DNA of 49,116 nt from Candidatus Bathyarchaeota archaeon (GCA_029259285.1 JAPDJB010000010.1:1-49116); one strand, 5' to 3'. Positions 28,319 to 37,771 are shown, counted from the stretch's first letter. Numbers and translations: made by a program. The notes: generated by a model from the letters alone, not told the origin.

Positions 28319-29142
28319 CTCTTCACACCCCTATATCTAAACCTCAGGATGAGGGCTGTCGAGTTCAGGGCTACAACCAGGAGGAAGAGAAGGAGGGAGA
28401 GGGCGAAGATAACCTCTAGGGGTGTGTCACCTGCCTTGGCGACGATGAGGATGTAGAGGTAGTAGGTGAGCGAGAGCACTGGATCAAGGGGAGACCTTGG
28501 AAGCCCCCTCATGGTGTAGAAGCAGGAGGTGAGGAGGATGGCCGCAGTCTCACCGGCTACCCTGCAGACTCCGAGGATGACTCCAGTGGCTATTCCAGGG
28601 GCGGCGGCGGGGAGGATGCATCTCGTTATCGTAGTCCACTTCGATGCTCCGAGGGCGAGGGAGGCCTCCCTGATGGACTTTGGAACCATCCTCAGGGCCT
28701 CTTGGCTGCTCCTCACGATTATGGGGAGCATCATACAGGCGAGGGTGAGCCATCCGGATAGGAGGGAGATGCCGAAGCCGAGGAGCTTTGAGAAGAGGGT
28801 GAAGCCGAAGAGGCCGTAGAGGATGGATGGAACCCCAGCGAGGTTCTCCACAGCCCTCTCCACCAACTCCGTGAACCAACTCCTCGGGGCATACTCGACG
28901 AGATATACGGCGGCCAGAACCCCGAGTGGTGCGGCGATGGCCGTCGCACCCGAGAATAGGAGGAGGGTTCCGATGACAGCCTCATAGACTCCTCCCCTCA
29001 GGATGCTGCTGGAGACGAATCTCCAGCTCAGACCTACTAGGCCATGATAGGTTATGAGTGATGTGAGGGCTATGATGGCCGCTAGGGGTATGAGGGATAA
29101 AGCCGATGTGACGTAAGGTGTGAGCCGCTCAATCCCCCTCAA
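28312..29142 (-). CDS. pstA: phosphate ABC transporter permease PstA
   Basis: 276 aa polytopic protein with an EAA-like loop (SIREASLALGASKWTTI). Its position in the operon also fits. Confidence 0.85.
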   Translation of the reverse strand: MRGIERLTPYVTSALSLIPLAAIIALTSLITYHGLVGLSWRFVSSSILRGGVYEAVIGTLLLFSGATAIAAPLGVLAAVYLVEYAPRSWFTELVERAVENLAGVPSILYGLFGFTLFSKLLGFGISLLSGWLTLACMMLPIIVRSSQEALRMVPKSIREASLALGASKWTTITRCILPAAAPGIATGVILGVCRVAGETAAILLTSCFYTMRGLPRSPLDPVLSLTYYLYILIVAKAGDTPLEVIFALSLLLFLLVVALNSTALILRFRYRGVKRW

Positions 29143-30032
29143 ATCCTCACCTCCCCCCTTGGAGCCTTCCTGATGAGGAGCCTAGCGGTATTGTTGACGA
29201 GGGCTGAGATGCATAGGAGAATGAGGGCTAGGGTGTAGAGGGCATGGTAGTGGAGGCCTCTGAACTCGGCCTCCCCCATCCCGATGGCGATGGCCGCCGT
29301 CATGGGATAGACCGGCGATAGGAGGCTCCAGGGTGGGTTCGGTATTGCGGCGACGCATCCCGAGGCCATCAGGACGGCTATAGTCTCCCCTATAGCCCTT
29401 CCGAAGGCGAGGAGGATCGAGGCGAATATCCCAAGCCTCGCAGCCGGTAGGACAACCCTCCAAAGGGTCTGCCATCGATCAGCCCCCAAGGCCAGGGAGG
29501 CCTCCCTATAGGCCATGGGAACCGATGAGATCGCCTCACTTGAGATGCTTATGATCGTCGGCAGAGTCATTATCGAGAGGATAAGAGATGCGGTTAGGGC
29601 TGTCCTGCCGAGGGGGAGATGGAAGACCGCTGCGATCCAGGGGGCGAGGAAGAAGTATGCGATGAAACCATAGATTATGGAGGGGATGGCGGCGAGGGTT
29701 TCAACAGCAGCCTCCATCACCTCCCCAATCCCTCGAGGCGCCACCTCCGATATGAAGATGGCCGAGGCGACTCCGATGGGGGTCGAGATGGCGAGGGCTC
29801 CAGCGGTCACTATGAGGGAGCCGTAGAGGAGGGGGAGAAGCCCATAGCGGTTGTATTCGGGCTGCCACCTCGCCCCAAGGAGGTATTGAGGCCTCAGGAG
29901 CATCCAAGCCCCCTCATGGATTGTGAAGACGAGGATTGAAGCGAAGATCAGGATTGAGGTGAGGGCTGAGGCGAGCGTCAGGGCTTCACCCCCCTCCCTC
30001 ACCTTCAAGAGGCGTTGGAAAAAGCTGGGCAT
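29139..30032 (-). CDS. pstC: phosphate ABC transporter permease PstC
   Basis: 297 aa polytopic protein with an EAA-like loop (AYREASLALGADRWQTL). It overlaps the pstA start by 4 nt. Confidence 0.85.
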   Translation of the reverse strand: MPSFFQRLLKVREGGEALTLASALTSILIFASILVFTIHEGAWMLLRPQYLLGARWQPEYNRYGLLPLLYGSLIVTAGALAISTPIGVASAIFISEVAPRGIGEVMEAAVETLAAIPSIIYGFIAYFFLAPWIAAVFHLPLGRTALTASLILSIMTLPTIISISSEAISSVPMAYREASLALGADRWQTLWRVVLPAARLGIFASILLAFGRAIGETIAVLMASGCVAAIPNPPWSLLSPVYPMTAAIAIGMGEAEFRGLHYHALYTLALILLCISALVNNTARLLIRKAPRGEVRI

Positions 30033-30037
30033 GGCGG

Positions 30038-30928
30038 CTACCCCAGGCTGATGAAGCCCTCCTCCTCGACGATCTCCTGCCCCTCGGGGCTGAGGATGAA
30101 ATCTATGAACTCCTCGATGAGGCTTCCAGGCTTCGGCTCCCCATCGGTCACGAGATATAGATATCTCATGATCGGATAGACTCCAGCCCTCACATTTCCC
30201 TCCGTCGGCTCATAGTGGGGCTTACCCTCAGCCTCGGCGAGTGGGAGGGGGACGACATCGGATGTGATGAACCCCATCCCTATATAGCCTATCGAGTATG
30301 GGGTCTTCGCAACGGCATCTCTCATCGCAGGATTTCCATGCTGGACGCTTGCGTCAGCCCTCACCTCAAATCCGAAGGGCTTAAGGCAGGCCTCCTCGAA
30401 GGTCTCACGGGTTCCGGAGCCTGGCTCCCTGGTGAAGACGACGATCTCCATGTGGGGTAGCCGTCCATCAACCTCATCCCAGTATCTGAGCTCCCCAGAG
30501 AAGATTCGGCCAACCATCTCCAGGGTCAGCTTTAAAGGTTCCCCGCCGAGGGACTCCACGACGCTTGGGTGGACGACGACGGCGACGGCGTCGAGGGCGA
30601 TCTCATGAAGCGTCAGCTCCACACCCCTCTCCTCAGCCCTCTTGATCTCCTCCTCCTTTGGAGGCCTTGAGGCCATGGCGATGTCGCATACTCCGTCGAT
30701 GAGGTTTGCATATCCGACTCCGCTTCCACCCCCTGAGACCCTCACCTCGACCCGTGGATTCTCCTCCATGTAGACCCTGGCGCAGTGCTCCACGATGGGT
30801 AGAACCGTCGTCGAGCCCATGATTACAAGTTTGCCACCCCTCTCACCCCATAGGAATCTGTAGCAGGAGCCTAGGAGGATTCCTAGAACTATGATCGCTC
30901 CAACTATAGCGATTACGGACTTCCTCAT
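30038..30928 (-). CDS. pstS: phosphate ABC transporter substrate-binding protein PstS
   Basis: 296 aa. It has an N-terminal TM/signal anchor plus GSTTVLPI and GGGSGVG motifs. It is the first gene of the operon. Confidence 0.85.
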   Translation of the reverse strand: MRKSVIAIVGAIIVLGILLGSCYRFLWGERGGKLVIMGSTTVLPIVEHCARVYMEENPRVEVRVSGGGSGVGYANLIDGVCDIAMASRPPKEEEIKRAEERGVELTLHEIALDAVAVVVHPSVVESLGGEPLKLTLEMVGRIFSGELRYWDEVDGRLPHMEIVVFTREPGSGTRETFEEACLKPFGFEVRADASVQHGNPAMRDAVAKTPYSIGYIGMGFITSDVVPLPLAEAEGKPHYEPTEGNVRAGVYPIMRYLYLVTDGEPKPGSLIEEFIDFILSPEGQEIVEEEGFISLG

Positions 30929-30974
30929 CGATTGAGGGGAAATATATGGTGGCTTAAATATTTTATCGCATTTT

Positions 30975-31000
30975 TATATAGAGATTATTGAGATTATATA
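30975..31000 (-). promoter_or_regulatory. tandem direct repeat GAGATTAT-T-GAGATTAT flanked by TATATA/ATA, upstream of pstS
   Basis: The plus strand reads tatata-gagattat-t-gagattat-ata at 30975-31000. TATA-like runs lie at 30954-30965 and 30971-30980 (minus strand), upstream of the pstS ATG at 30928. Confidence 0.3.
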
Positions 31001-31001
31001 G

Positions 31002-31712
31002 TTACTCCGGCCTCCACACGCCTATGTATATCCCCCTCCCATCGAGGATTGGGTGCTGAGCTCCTAGACAGCTTAGGCAGTAGGGCTTCCCATCCCTCAA
31101 ACCTGCTCGGCTCTCCATCACAAGCTCGCCGCATCCATGGCATCGGTGAGATGCGTAGATTGGGGCATAATCCGGCGCCTCGATGTGCATTCTCCTGATG
31201 ATGAACATCTTTGAGGCGGGTCTATGAAGCAGATCGAAGGCCTCCTCCTCCATCAACTCCATGAATCTAGCCCTCTCCTCATCTGACACCCTCTCCCTCT
31301 CAGCTACGATTCTCCTCCATAGCTCTCTAAGCTCAGGTCTCTCAGCTCTACGGGACTCCTCGAACTCTGGGTTCAGGGCCAGCCTGACAGCCTCACCGCT
31401 CCTCCTGGCGAGGGTGAAGGCGGTCTTCCCGAGGTCGAGGTATATGAGGGCGTTGTTTCCAAATGTGCATCCTGTTACGGCCTGGATGCCGTCGCTGAAG
31501 CAGTTATTCGTCTCAACTATCGCTAAAACCTCCTCCATTCCAACACTTCTAACCCCAAGCATCCTCACAGCGGTGTATCCGGCGACAACCCCGTAGGCTA
31601 GATATGGACAGTAGTGGCCGTGGAGTTCACCAGCCCTCCTAAGAAGACCCTCAAGGTCTCCAGCCTCTATTAGATGCTCTATCTCAGCCCTCGGAGACCT
31701 CCACCTCATCAC
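31002..31712 (-). CDS. FmdE-domain protein with a C-terminal zinc ribbon
   Basis: 236 aa. HGHYCPYLAYGVVAG and CFSDGIQAVTGCTFGN match the FmdE family. CHGCGE...CLSC is the C-terminal Zn ribbon. Confidence 0.75.
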   Translation of the reverse strand: MMRWRSPRAEIEHLIEAGDLEGLLRRAGELHGHYCPYLAYGVVAGYTAVRMLGVRSVGMEEVLAIVETNNCFSDGIQAVTGCTFGNNALIYLDLGKTAFTLARRSGEAVRLALNPEFEESRRAERPELRELWRRIVAERERVSDEERARFMELMEEEAFDLLHRPASKMFIIRRMHIEAPDYAPIYASHRCHGCGELVMESRAGLRDGKPYCLSCLGAQHPILDGRGIYIGVWRPE

Positions 31713-31801
31713 GGAATATTACCACATGAAACATTTTTAATACTAATCTCCGAGGCGTGGAGACGAAAGTTGTTTAAGGATTGGGAGGGTAGGGAGGCGG
31801 G

Positions 31802-32347
31802 ATGGAGCTTAGACGCTTCAAGGCTAGGGATGGAAGGGAGGTCATCCTCAGAACCCCAAGGTGGAGCGACCTCGACGACATGCTGGATTTCATAAACTCC
31901 CTCGTTGAGGAGGGGGCTGACATCAACATCTGCCAACCCTACACGAGGGAGGAGGAGGCGGAGTGGCTTGCAAACCTCCTGGCATCGATGGAGAAGGGGG
32001 AGAGGATATCGGTGGTGGCGGAGGTTGAGGGCCATGTTATAGGCCACGTCGAGATACGGATAGGGAGATGCTACGAAAGCCACACAGGGGTGTTAGGCAT
32101 AGCGGTGAAGAGGGGCTATAGGGATAGGGGTATAGGAACAGAGTTGATGAGGATGGCTGAGGAGTTGGCCAGGGAGAGGGGGCTAGGGATAATAACCCTC
32201 GCCGTCTTCTCCACCAACAGCAGGGCCATCCACGTCTATGAGAAGCTGGGATACAGGGTTGTAGGCCGAGTTGAGAGGGGCATCTATAAGGATGGACGCT
32301 ACATAGACAAACTCCTCATGGCTAAGGAGGTCGAGGAGACGTCTTGA
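31802..32347 (+). CDS. GNAT-family N-acetyltransferase
   Basis: 181 aa. Motif A is RGYRDRGIGTELMR, followed by a NSRAIHVYEKLGY tail. Confidence 0.85.
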   Translation: MELRRFKARDGREVILRTPRWSDLDDMLDFINSLVEEGADINICQPYTREEEAEWLANLLASMEKGERISVVAEVEGHVIGHVEIRIGRCYESHTGVLGIAVKRGYRDRGIGTELMRMAEELARERGLGIITLAVFSTNSRAIHVYEKLGYRVVGRVERGIYKDGRYIDKLLMAKEVEETS

Positions 32348-32418
32348 GACCTATGATTCGATGAGGTCTCATCCGAATCTTAAAATCGGCTTTCATCAAC
32401 CTCTATATCGGGGTTTAG

Positions 32419-32823
32419 ATGGGTGGGGTTTCAAGGGTGAGCATATCGCTGCCTCCGAAGATGCTGGAGGAGTTCGATAGGGTGATAGAGCGGTTGGGTT
32501 TGACGAGGTCTAAGGCAGTTCAGGTTGCTATGCGGGACTTCCTAACGGAGCATCGATGGGAGACGGCTGAGGGATCAGTGGCCGGAGCCATAACGCTGCT
32601 CTACGACCATAAGACCCGAGGCGTAGAGGAGGAGGTGACCGACATACAGCATGAGTTTAGGGATGTAATCAGCTCCACGACGCATGTCCACCTCGATGAG
32701 AGGAACTGCCTAGAGATCATCGCCGTCCGAGGCGATGTGGCCCGAATCAGGGAGCTCTATCGGAGATTGATGGCTCAGAGGGTTAAGCAGCTTAAGATCA
32801 GCATACTTGAGACGCAATTTTAA
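32419..32823 (+). CDS. nikR: NikR-family nickel-responsive regulator
   Basis: 134 aa. The N-terminal RHH is RVSISLPPKMLEEFDRVIERLGLTRSKAVQVAMRDFL. The C-terminal ACT-like domain carries His residues (LLYDHKTRG, QHEF, HVHLD). Confidence 0.85.
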   Translation: MGGVSRVSISLPPKMLEEFDRVIERLGLTRSKAVQVAMRDFLTEHRWETAEGSVAGAITLLYDHKTRGVEEEVTDIQHEFRDVISSTTHVHLDERNCLEIIAVRGDVARIRELYRRLMAQRVKQLKISILETQF

Positions 32824-32952
32824 TTAGAGTGCTGAACCTATCAGAAGGCTGGGCTCTGGGGGTGTATCATCCGGACTGGATTTAGGCCTTGAGGATTCCA
32901 CCGGCATCCCCAGCCCAGAGGCTAAAAAGGGGATTCTACGAGGTGAAGTTGG

Positions 32953-34071
32953 ATGAGTGGGGAGGAGATGATCGTCACCCCCTGGAAGGTTTCGGGGGAG
33001 ATAAACTATGAACGCCTCATGGAGCAGTTCGGGACTAAGCCGATAACAGAGGAGCTCCTAAGGAGGATGGAGAGGATCGCCGGCCAACTACATCTACAGC
33101 TTAGGAGGGGAATCTTCTTCTCCCATAGGGACTTCGACTGGTGGCTCAACATGTATGAAGATGGACAGCCTGTTGGCCTCTACACCGGTCGAGGCCCTTC
33201 TGGACCTTGCCATCTTGGGCATCTACTCCCCTGGTTCTTCACTAAGCATCTCCAGGATATCTTCGATGCCCATCTATACTTCCAGATGACGGATGATGAG
33301 AAGTATCTCATACATCCAGAGCTGACCCTCGATGACACCGTTGGCTACACCTATGAGAATGCATTAGACCTCATAGCAATAGGCTTCGATCCAGAGAAGA
33401 CGCATATAATCTCAAACGTAAACCACATCCATAGGCTGTATAGGTTGGCGCTTCAGGTGGCTAAGCACGTCACCTACTCGACGGTTAAAGCCATCTTCGG
33501 CTTCACAGACAGCGACAACATCGGCATCATCTGGTTCCCAGCTCTGCAGGCTGTTCCCTGCTTCATACAATCCGTCATCGAGGATCGAAACGTCGCCGTG
33601 TTGATACCCGCAGCCATAGATCAAGACCCCTACTGGAGGATGACTAGGGACATCGCCGAGAAGCTGGGGTTCTACAAGCCGGCTCAGATACATGCGAAAT
33701 TCCTACCAGGCCTCGGCAGAGGCGGAAAGATGTCCGCCTCCATGCCTGAGACAGCCATCTTCACCATCGACCCCCCAGAGATGGCAGCGAAGAAGATCAT
33801 GAACGCCTACACGGGGGGCAGAGCCACAGCCGAGGAGCAGCGCCGACTCGGGGGAGACCCATCAATATGCACCGTCTACGCATACTATTATTACCTCTTC
33901 GAGGAAGATGACAAAAGGCTGAGGGAATTGGAGCACCGCTGCAGATCGGGGGATCTCCTCTGCGGAGAATGTAAGGCTGAGTTAGCCGAGAGGGTTAAAC
34001 ACTTCCTAAAGGATTTTCAACGACGAAGGGAACGTGCGAGGAACCAATTAGATAAATTCTTTTTAGAGTAA
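32953..34071 (+). CDS. trpS: tryptophanyl-tRNA synthetase
   Basis: 372 aa. The N-terminus VTPWKVSGEINYERLMEQFG is typical of archaeal/eukaryotic-type TrpRS. HIGH-type motif is PCHLGHLLP and KMSKS-type motif is KMSAS. GGTGA lies 6-7 nt upstream of the ATG. Confidence 0.9.
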   Translation: MSGEEMIVTPWKVSGEINYERLMEQFGTKPITEELLRRMERIAGQLHLQLRRGIFFSHRDFDWWLNMYEDGQPVGLYTGRGPSGPCHLGHLLPWFFTKHLQDIFDAHLYFQMTDDEKYLIHPELTLDDTVGYTYENALDLIAIGFDPEKTHIISNVNHIHRLYRLALQVAKHVTYSTVKAIFGFTDSDNIGIIWFPALQAVPCFIQSVIEDRNVAVLIPAAIDQDPYWRMTRDIAEKLGFYKPAQIHAKFLPGLGRGGKMSASMPETAIFTIDPPEMAAKKIMNAYTGGRATAEEQRRLGGDPSICTVYAYYYYLFEEDDKRLRELEHRCRSGDLLCGECKAELAERVKHFLKDFQRRRERARNQLDKFFLE

Positions 34072-34090
34072 CTACCTAGAATTAATTGGG

Positions 34091-35086
34091 ATGAATAGTA
34101 TTAAAGAATATTATCCTACTTATCCGTTATCATTAAGAACTCCTCCTAAAAGTAAAACACGGCTTGGTACTAGAAATATTTATGTTGATGTACCCTGGCA
34201 GGCTTATGATTTTTTAATTTCAACTCTTTTTAAAGGAAGACATTCCGAATTGAAAAAGGAAGAAGTAAGGGATAGCTGGAATAAGTACGTACTAAAGTAT
34301 AAGAATGATCTTACTTTTCAAAATAAACCAATTATTTCTGTATACCTTACTTCATCGCCATTTTCAATAAGAAAATTTTTAATACTTAAAGTTAATTGGA
34401 ATCCCTTCATTAAATATTTGGAGGATAAAGCTAAAAGTTTAATAAAGTTAGTTATGATGGAAGGAAATAATATAATGATGGTATATCAGGATATTTGGTT
34501 CAATTTCTTGAAAATAATAAAGGAAATAAGAAGTAAATTTGAGCCATATATATTGGAGAATACATTTGAAAGTTTTAAGAAATTAATAACTATAACGGGA
34601 GATTATCCACAAATTGAAGAAACATTAATAGATCTTGAAGAATTGATAGATACAATTGAACGATCATTTGAAAAATATAGATATGTTCAGCTTTATACAA
34701 TAAAATTTAAAATGAATGTAAGAAATATACATAATTTAATAGAAGAATTAAATATAGTTGCAATTTATTTTGTTTTAAGAAATTTACTTGAAGACTTCAT
34801 CAGATTTTTTATATATTTGGATTTTGGTAATAGAATCGTTAAAAATCCAGATTTAGTATTATCGTCTATGTTTATTTACGATTATCAGGCACCTTTAAGT
34901 ATTTCACTTAAAAAATTTAGAATTTATTCCTTAAAAGAATTCAAGAGAGAATTCCATAAAAAATTTCTAAGAGCGGTAGATGAAATCTTAAGTAAGAATA
35001 ATGAAGTAATTTCTGTATTTGATATAACCGACAAGCTAATAAATATTAAAATGAGAGTATTAGGAATAAAAAAAAGGATCTTCTGA
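34091..35086 (+). CDS. AT-rich orphan protein; the frame probably continues to 35292 after a -1 shift at an A8 run
   Basis: 331 aa ORF that is strongly AT-rich compared with the flanking trpS and HIT genes. No family recognised. See the finding on 35050-35292. Confidence 0.55.
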   Translation: MNSIKEYYPTYPLSLRTPPKSKTRLGTRNIYVDVPWQAYDFLISTLFKGRHSELKKEEVRDSWNKYVLKYKNDLTFQNKPIISVYLTSSPFSIRKFLILKVNWNPFIKYLEDKAKSLIKLVMMEGNNIMMVYQDIWFNFLKIIKEIRSKFEPYILENTFESFKKLITITGDYPQIEETLIDLEELIDTIERSFEKYRYVQLYTIKFKMNVRNIHNLIEELNIVAIYFVLRNLLEDFIRFFIYLDFGNRIVKNPDLVLSSMFIYDYQAPLSISLKKFRIYSLKEFKREFHKKFLRAVDEILSKNNEVISVFDITDKLINIKMRVLGIKKRIF

Positions 35087-35322
35087 AAGACTTTTGTAAC
35101 GAATATAAATTAGATGATAAATATTTAGTTAATTTATATACTGCTTGCAGCAATATAATTCATAATCAATCTCCCTTACCATTTTTATCACCACTTGAAA
35201 TGATGTTTTTCAAATATTTTCTTAAGATGTTTGTAGAGACATTAAAAACTTTAACTATGAAATTTATAAATCTATACAGCAAAAGAGAATAAAATAAATC
35301 TCTTATCGAGAGGTGAAAAGAT

Positions 35323-35751
35323 ATGATGGGTTGCATCTTCTGCCGTATCATACGTCGGGAGGCTCCGGCTCACATCGTCTATGAGGATGAGCATACGCTT
35401 GCCTTCCTCGACATCAACCCCTGCTCCCCAGGTCATACGCTGATCATACCGAAGCTCCACGCCCAACGTCTGGAGGATCTCCCTGAAGAGGAGGCCATAG
35501 CTCTCTTTAGGACGCTTCACCGCCTCATAGAGCCGATACAACGGGCTGTGGGGGCTGATAGCACGACGATAGGCATAAACAACGGCCCTGAGAGTGGTCA
35601 GGAGGTGCCTCACATCCATATCCATGTCATACCCAGGTTCAGGGGTGACGGCGGAGGCATAATCCAGGGCGTCGCAAGGCTGTGGAGGAGGCCGACCAGG
35701 GGGGAGATGGAGAGGATAGCGAGGAGGATAAGAAATCTCGTGGGGACTTAA
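35323..35751 (+). CDS. HIT-family (histidine triad) nucleotide hydrolase
   Basis: 142 aa. CIFCRII is at the N-terminus and the histidine triad is HIHIHVIPR. GGTGA lies upstream of the ATG. Confidence 0.9.
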   Translation: MMGCIFCRIIRREAPAHIVYEDEHTLAFLDINPCSPGHTLIIPKLHAQRLEDLPEEEAIALFRTLHRLIEPIQRAVGADSTTIGINNGPESGQEVPHIHIHVIPRFRGDGGGIIQGVARLWRRPTRGEMERIARRIRNLVGT

Positions 35752-35804
35752 CTTATTCATGTAAGCTCTTAAAGCCCAGTCTCGAAGTTCTTCTAGGGGT
35801 TGGG

Positions 35805-36887
35805 ATGAGGCGTAAGGTGTTTAGGGGTATGGGTTGTAGGCAAGTCGGCCACAGCGGCCTCTGGGTCTCAGAGGTTGGCCTCGGCCTATGGAAGTGGGGT
35901 GACCCCTCCTACGATGGTTCAAAGGTTGGTGAGCATGAGGGCTTCAAGATTCTTGATCGAGCCTTAGAGTTTGGGGTCTTCTTCTGGGATACTGCTAACT
36001 CCTATAATTGGGGCTCTGGGAACTCTGAGAGGCTGATTGGACGCTATTTTGCCTCGAGGGGTCGCCGTGTCAGGGAGCAGGTGGTTCTGGCGACGAAGAT
36101 CGCTAATTCCGTTAGGGAGGAGCATGAGGAGAAGGCGGATTTCACGCCGAATCAGCGTGGGGCTTCGAGGCTGTATATACGCAGAGCCGTCGAGGGATGC
36201 CTCAGACGCCTCCAAACCGACTATATAGACCTCCTCTATGTCCACTATCCCGTCCTCGATGAGCAGGGTGAGTATGAGACTCCCTTAGAGGAGACCTGGG
36301 GAACCCTCGACGACCTCATCTCCGACGGCGTGGTCTACTATCTCGGCGTCTCAAATTACAACATCAGGCAGATAGAGGAGGCGAGGGAGGCGCTGAGGAA
36401 GGTTGCCAAGGATGCCTCCAGACGCATAGTGGCTGTTCAGAACCCCTACAACCTCTTGGAGAGGGATGGGGTATCGAAGGAGGAGGGCGTAGGCGAGGCT
36501 GAGTTTCTACGATATATCCGTGAGGCGGGTATAGGCCTAGTGCCCTACTTCCCCCTCGCAGCCGGCATGCTGACGGGGAAGTATAGAGAGGACAACGTCG
36601 AGAGGGTTGAGGGGCATATCATCGATGACAAGCTTCAGGACAGATACTTCACCGAGGCAAACTTCAGGGCTGTGGAGCTTCTTGAGGAGTTCGCTAAAAG
36701 GAAGGGCATAACGCTTCCGCAGTTGGCTATAGCCTGGCTCCTCAGCCATGAGGAGGTCTGCGGAGTCATCGCCGGAGTCACCAAGATGGAGCATCTTGAG
36801 GACAACGCCAAGGCGACGAGCATCGAATTGACGGAGGAAGACCTCAGGGAGATCGATGAACTGCTTGAGAGGGCTGGGGTTAGATGA
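35805..36887 (+). CDS. aldo/keto reductase
   Basis: The start is moved to MRRKVFRGMG... (35805). The track's upstream extension overlaps the HIT gene. GLGLWKWG, FWDTANSY, DLLYVHYP and GVSNY are AKR-type motifs. Confidence 0.85.
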   Translation: MRRKVFRGMGCRQVGHSGLWVSEVGLGLWKWGDPSYDGSKVGEHEGFKILDRALEFGVFFWDTANSYNWGSGNSERLIGRYFASRGRRVREQVVLATKIANSVREEHEEKADFTPNQRGASRLYIRRAVEGCLRRLQTDYIDLLYVHYPVLDEQGEYETPLEETWGTLDDLISDGVVYYLGVSNYNIRQIEEAREALRKVAKDASRRIVAVQNPYNLLERDGVSKEEGVGEAEFLRYIREAGIGLVPYFPLAAGMLTGKYREDNVERVEGHIIDDKLQDRYFTEANFRAVELLEEFAKRKGITLPQLAIAWLLSHEEVCGVIAGVTKMEHLEDNAKATSIELTEEDLREIDELLERAGVR

Positions 36888-36904
36888 CAGGGATTTAAAA
36901 ATCG

Positions 36905-37771
36905 ATGGAGACTAACATCACGATGGCTGAGAAACCCAACTATGGCTCTCCGACCTGGCATGTGGTCTCCAACGCCATGTTGGGGTCTGCCCTCATCCTC
37001 GTGGGGGTCATCGCCGGAGTCCGCTATTCACCTCTCCTATATCTGCTGATCATCCCCTCCATCTACTTCCTATGGTCGGCTTATGGTTGGAGTAGGGGAG
37101 GCTACCTGGAGGAGAGGCTGCGCATCAGGGAGGAGTTTATCAGGGCCGTCGGAGTTGGAGACGGTGAACGAATCCTCGACGTTGGAACGGGGTCGGGCTT
37201 CCTCGCCATAGGCTTCGCAAAGGCGATGAGGGAGGGGGAGGTGGTCGGCATAGACATCTGGATGCCCATGGGAGGCGGAACAACCATGGAGAACGCCTTG
37301 AGGAACGCCGAGATCGAGGGTGTCTCAGACAGGGTGGAGTTCAGGAGAGCTGATGCGAGGGAGATACCATACCCAGACGGCCACTTCGATAGGGTTGTGG
37401 CCAGCTTCACAATCCACATCATAAGGGATTGGCCGAGGGCGCTGAGGGAGATGGTTAGGGTTCTCAAGCCAGGGGGAGTCCTCGCCCTCTTAGAGCCTGG
37501 AAGGGGATGGGCATCTGGATGGAAGGTTGAGAGGGTTGTGGAGCATCTCAAGGAACTCAGCCTGAAACAGGTGAAGCTCCAACCCCTCACGATCAATTTT
37601 CCAAAGCGGAGGACGGTCTACCTCATCAAAGGTGTGAAGACAGGGGGAAGGAATGAACACCCCTCCATAATGGAGCTGGCGGGGAGATTTGAGGGAGCCG
37701 TGGATTATACGGGGGAGGTTAAGGAGGAGGTGGAGAGACTCTTCCTCCAACGACATGAGGAGACAAAGTAG
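36905..37771 (+). CDS. class I SAM-dependent methyltransferase with two N-terminal TM helices
   Basis: 288 aa. Motif I is ILDVGTGSGFLAIGFA and the post-I/II regions are present. Two hydrophobic segments sit at the N-terminus. Confidence 0.8.
   Translation: METNITMAEKPNYGSPTWHVVSNAMLGSALILVGVIAGVRYSPLLYLLIIPSIYFLWSAYGWSRGGYLEERLRIREEFIRAVGVGDGERILDVGTGSGFLAIGFAKAMREGEVVGIDIWMPMGGGTTMENALRNAEIEGVSDRVEFRRADAREIPYPDGHFDRVVASFTIHIIRDWPRALREMVRVLKPGGVLALLEPGRGWASGWKVERVVEHLKELSLKQVKLQPLTINFPKRRTVYLIKGVKTGGRNEHPSIMELAGRFEGAVDYTGEVKEEVERLFLQRHEETK

Noticed and set aside
28529-29939. ORFs 28529..28819, 28550..28879, 28731..28985, 29182..29475, 29619..29939 and 29701..29907 inside pstA/pstC
   Set aside because: They are shadow frames of well-supported permease genes.
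31709-32083. 124-aa ORF 31709..32083 (-)
   Set aside because: It is antisense to the GNAT gene, which has clear acetyltransferase motifs, and has no motifs of its own.
32824-32952. A bacterial-type T-box leader upstream of trpS
   Set aside because: No T-box consensus or specifier-loop architecture is visible, and T-boxes are not known in archaea. Only the observation of a stable helix is retained.
35272-35760. 162-aa ORF 35272..35760 (-), and the upstream extension of the aldo-keto reductase ORF (35682..35804)
   Set aside because: The first is antisense to the HIT gene. The second overlaps the HIT 3' end with an acidic low-complexity peptide, and the AKR family N-terminus matches the Met at 35805.
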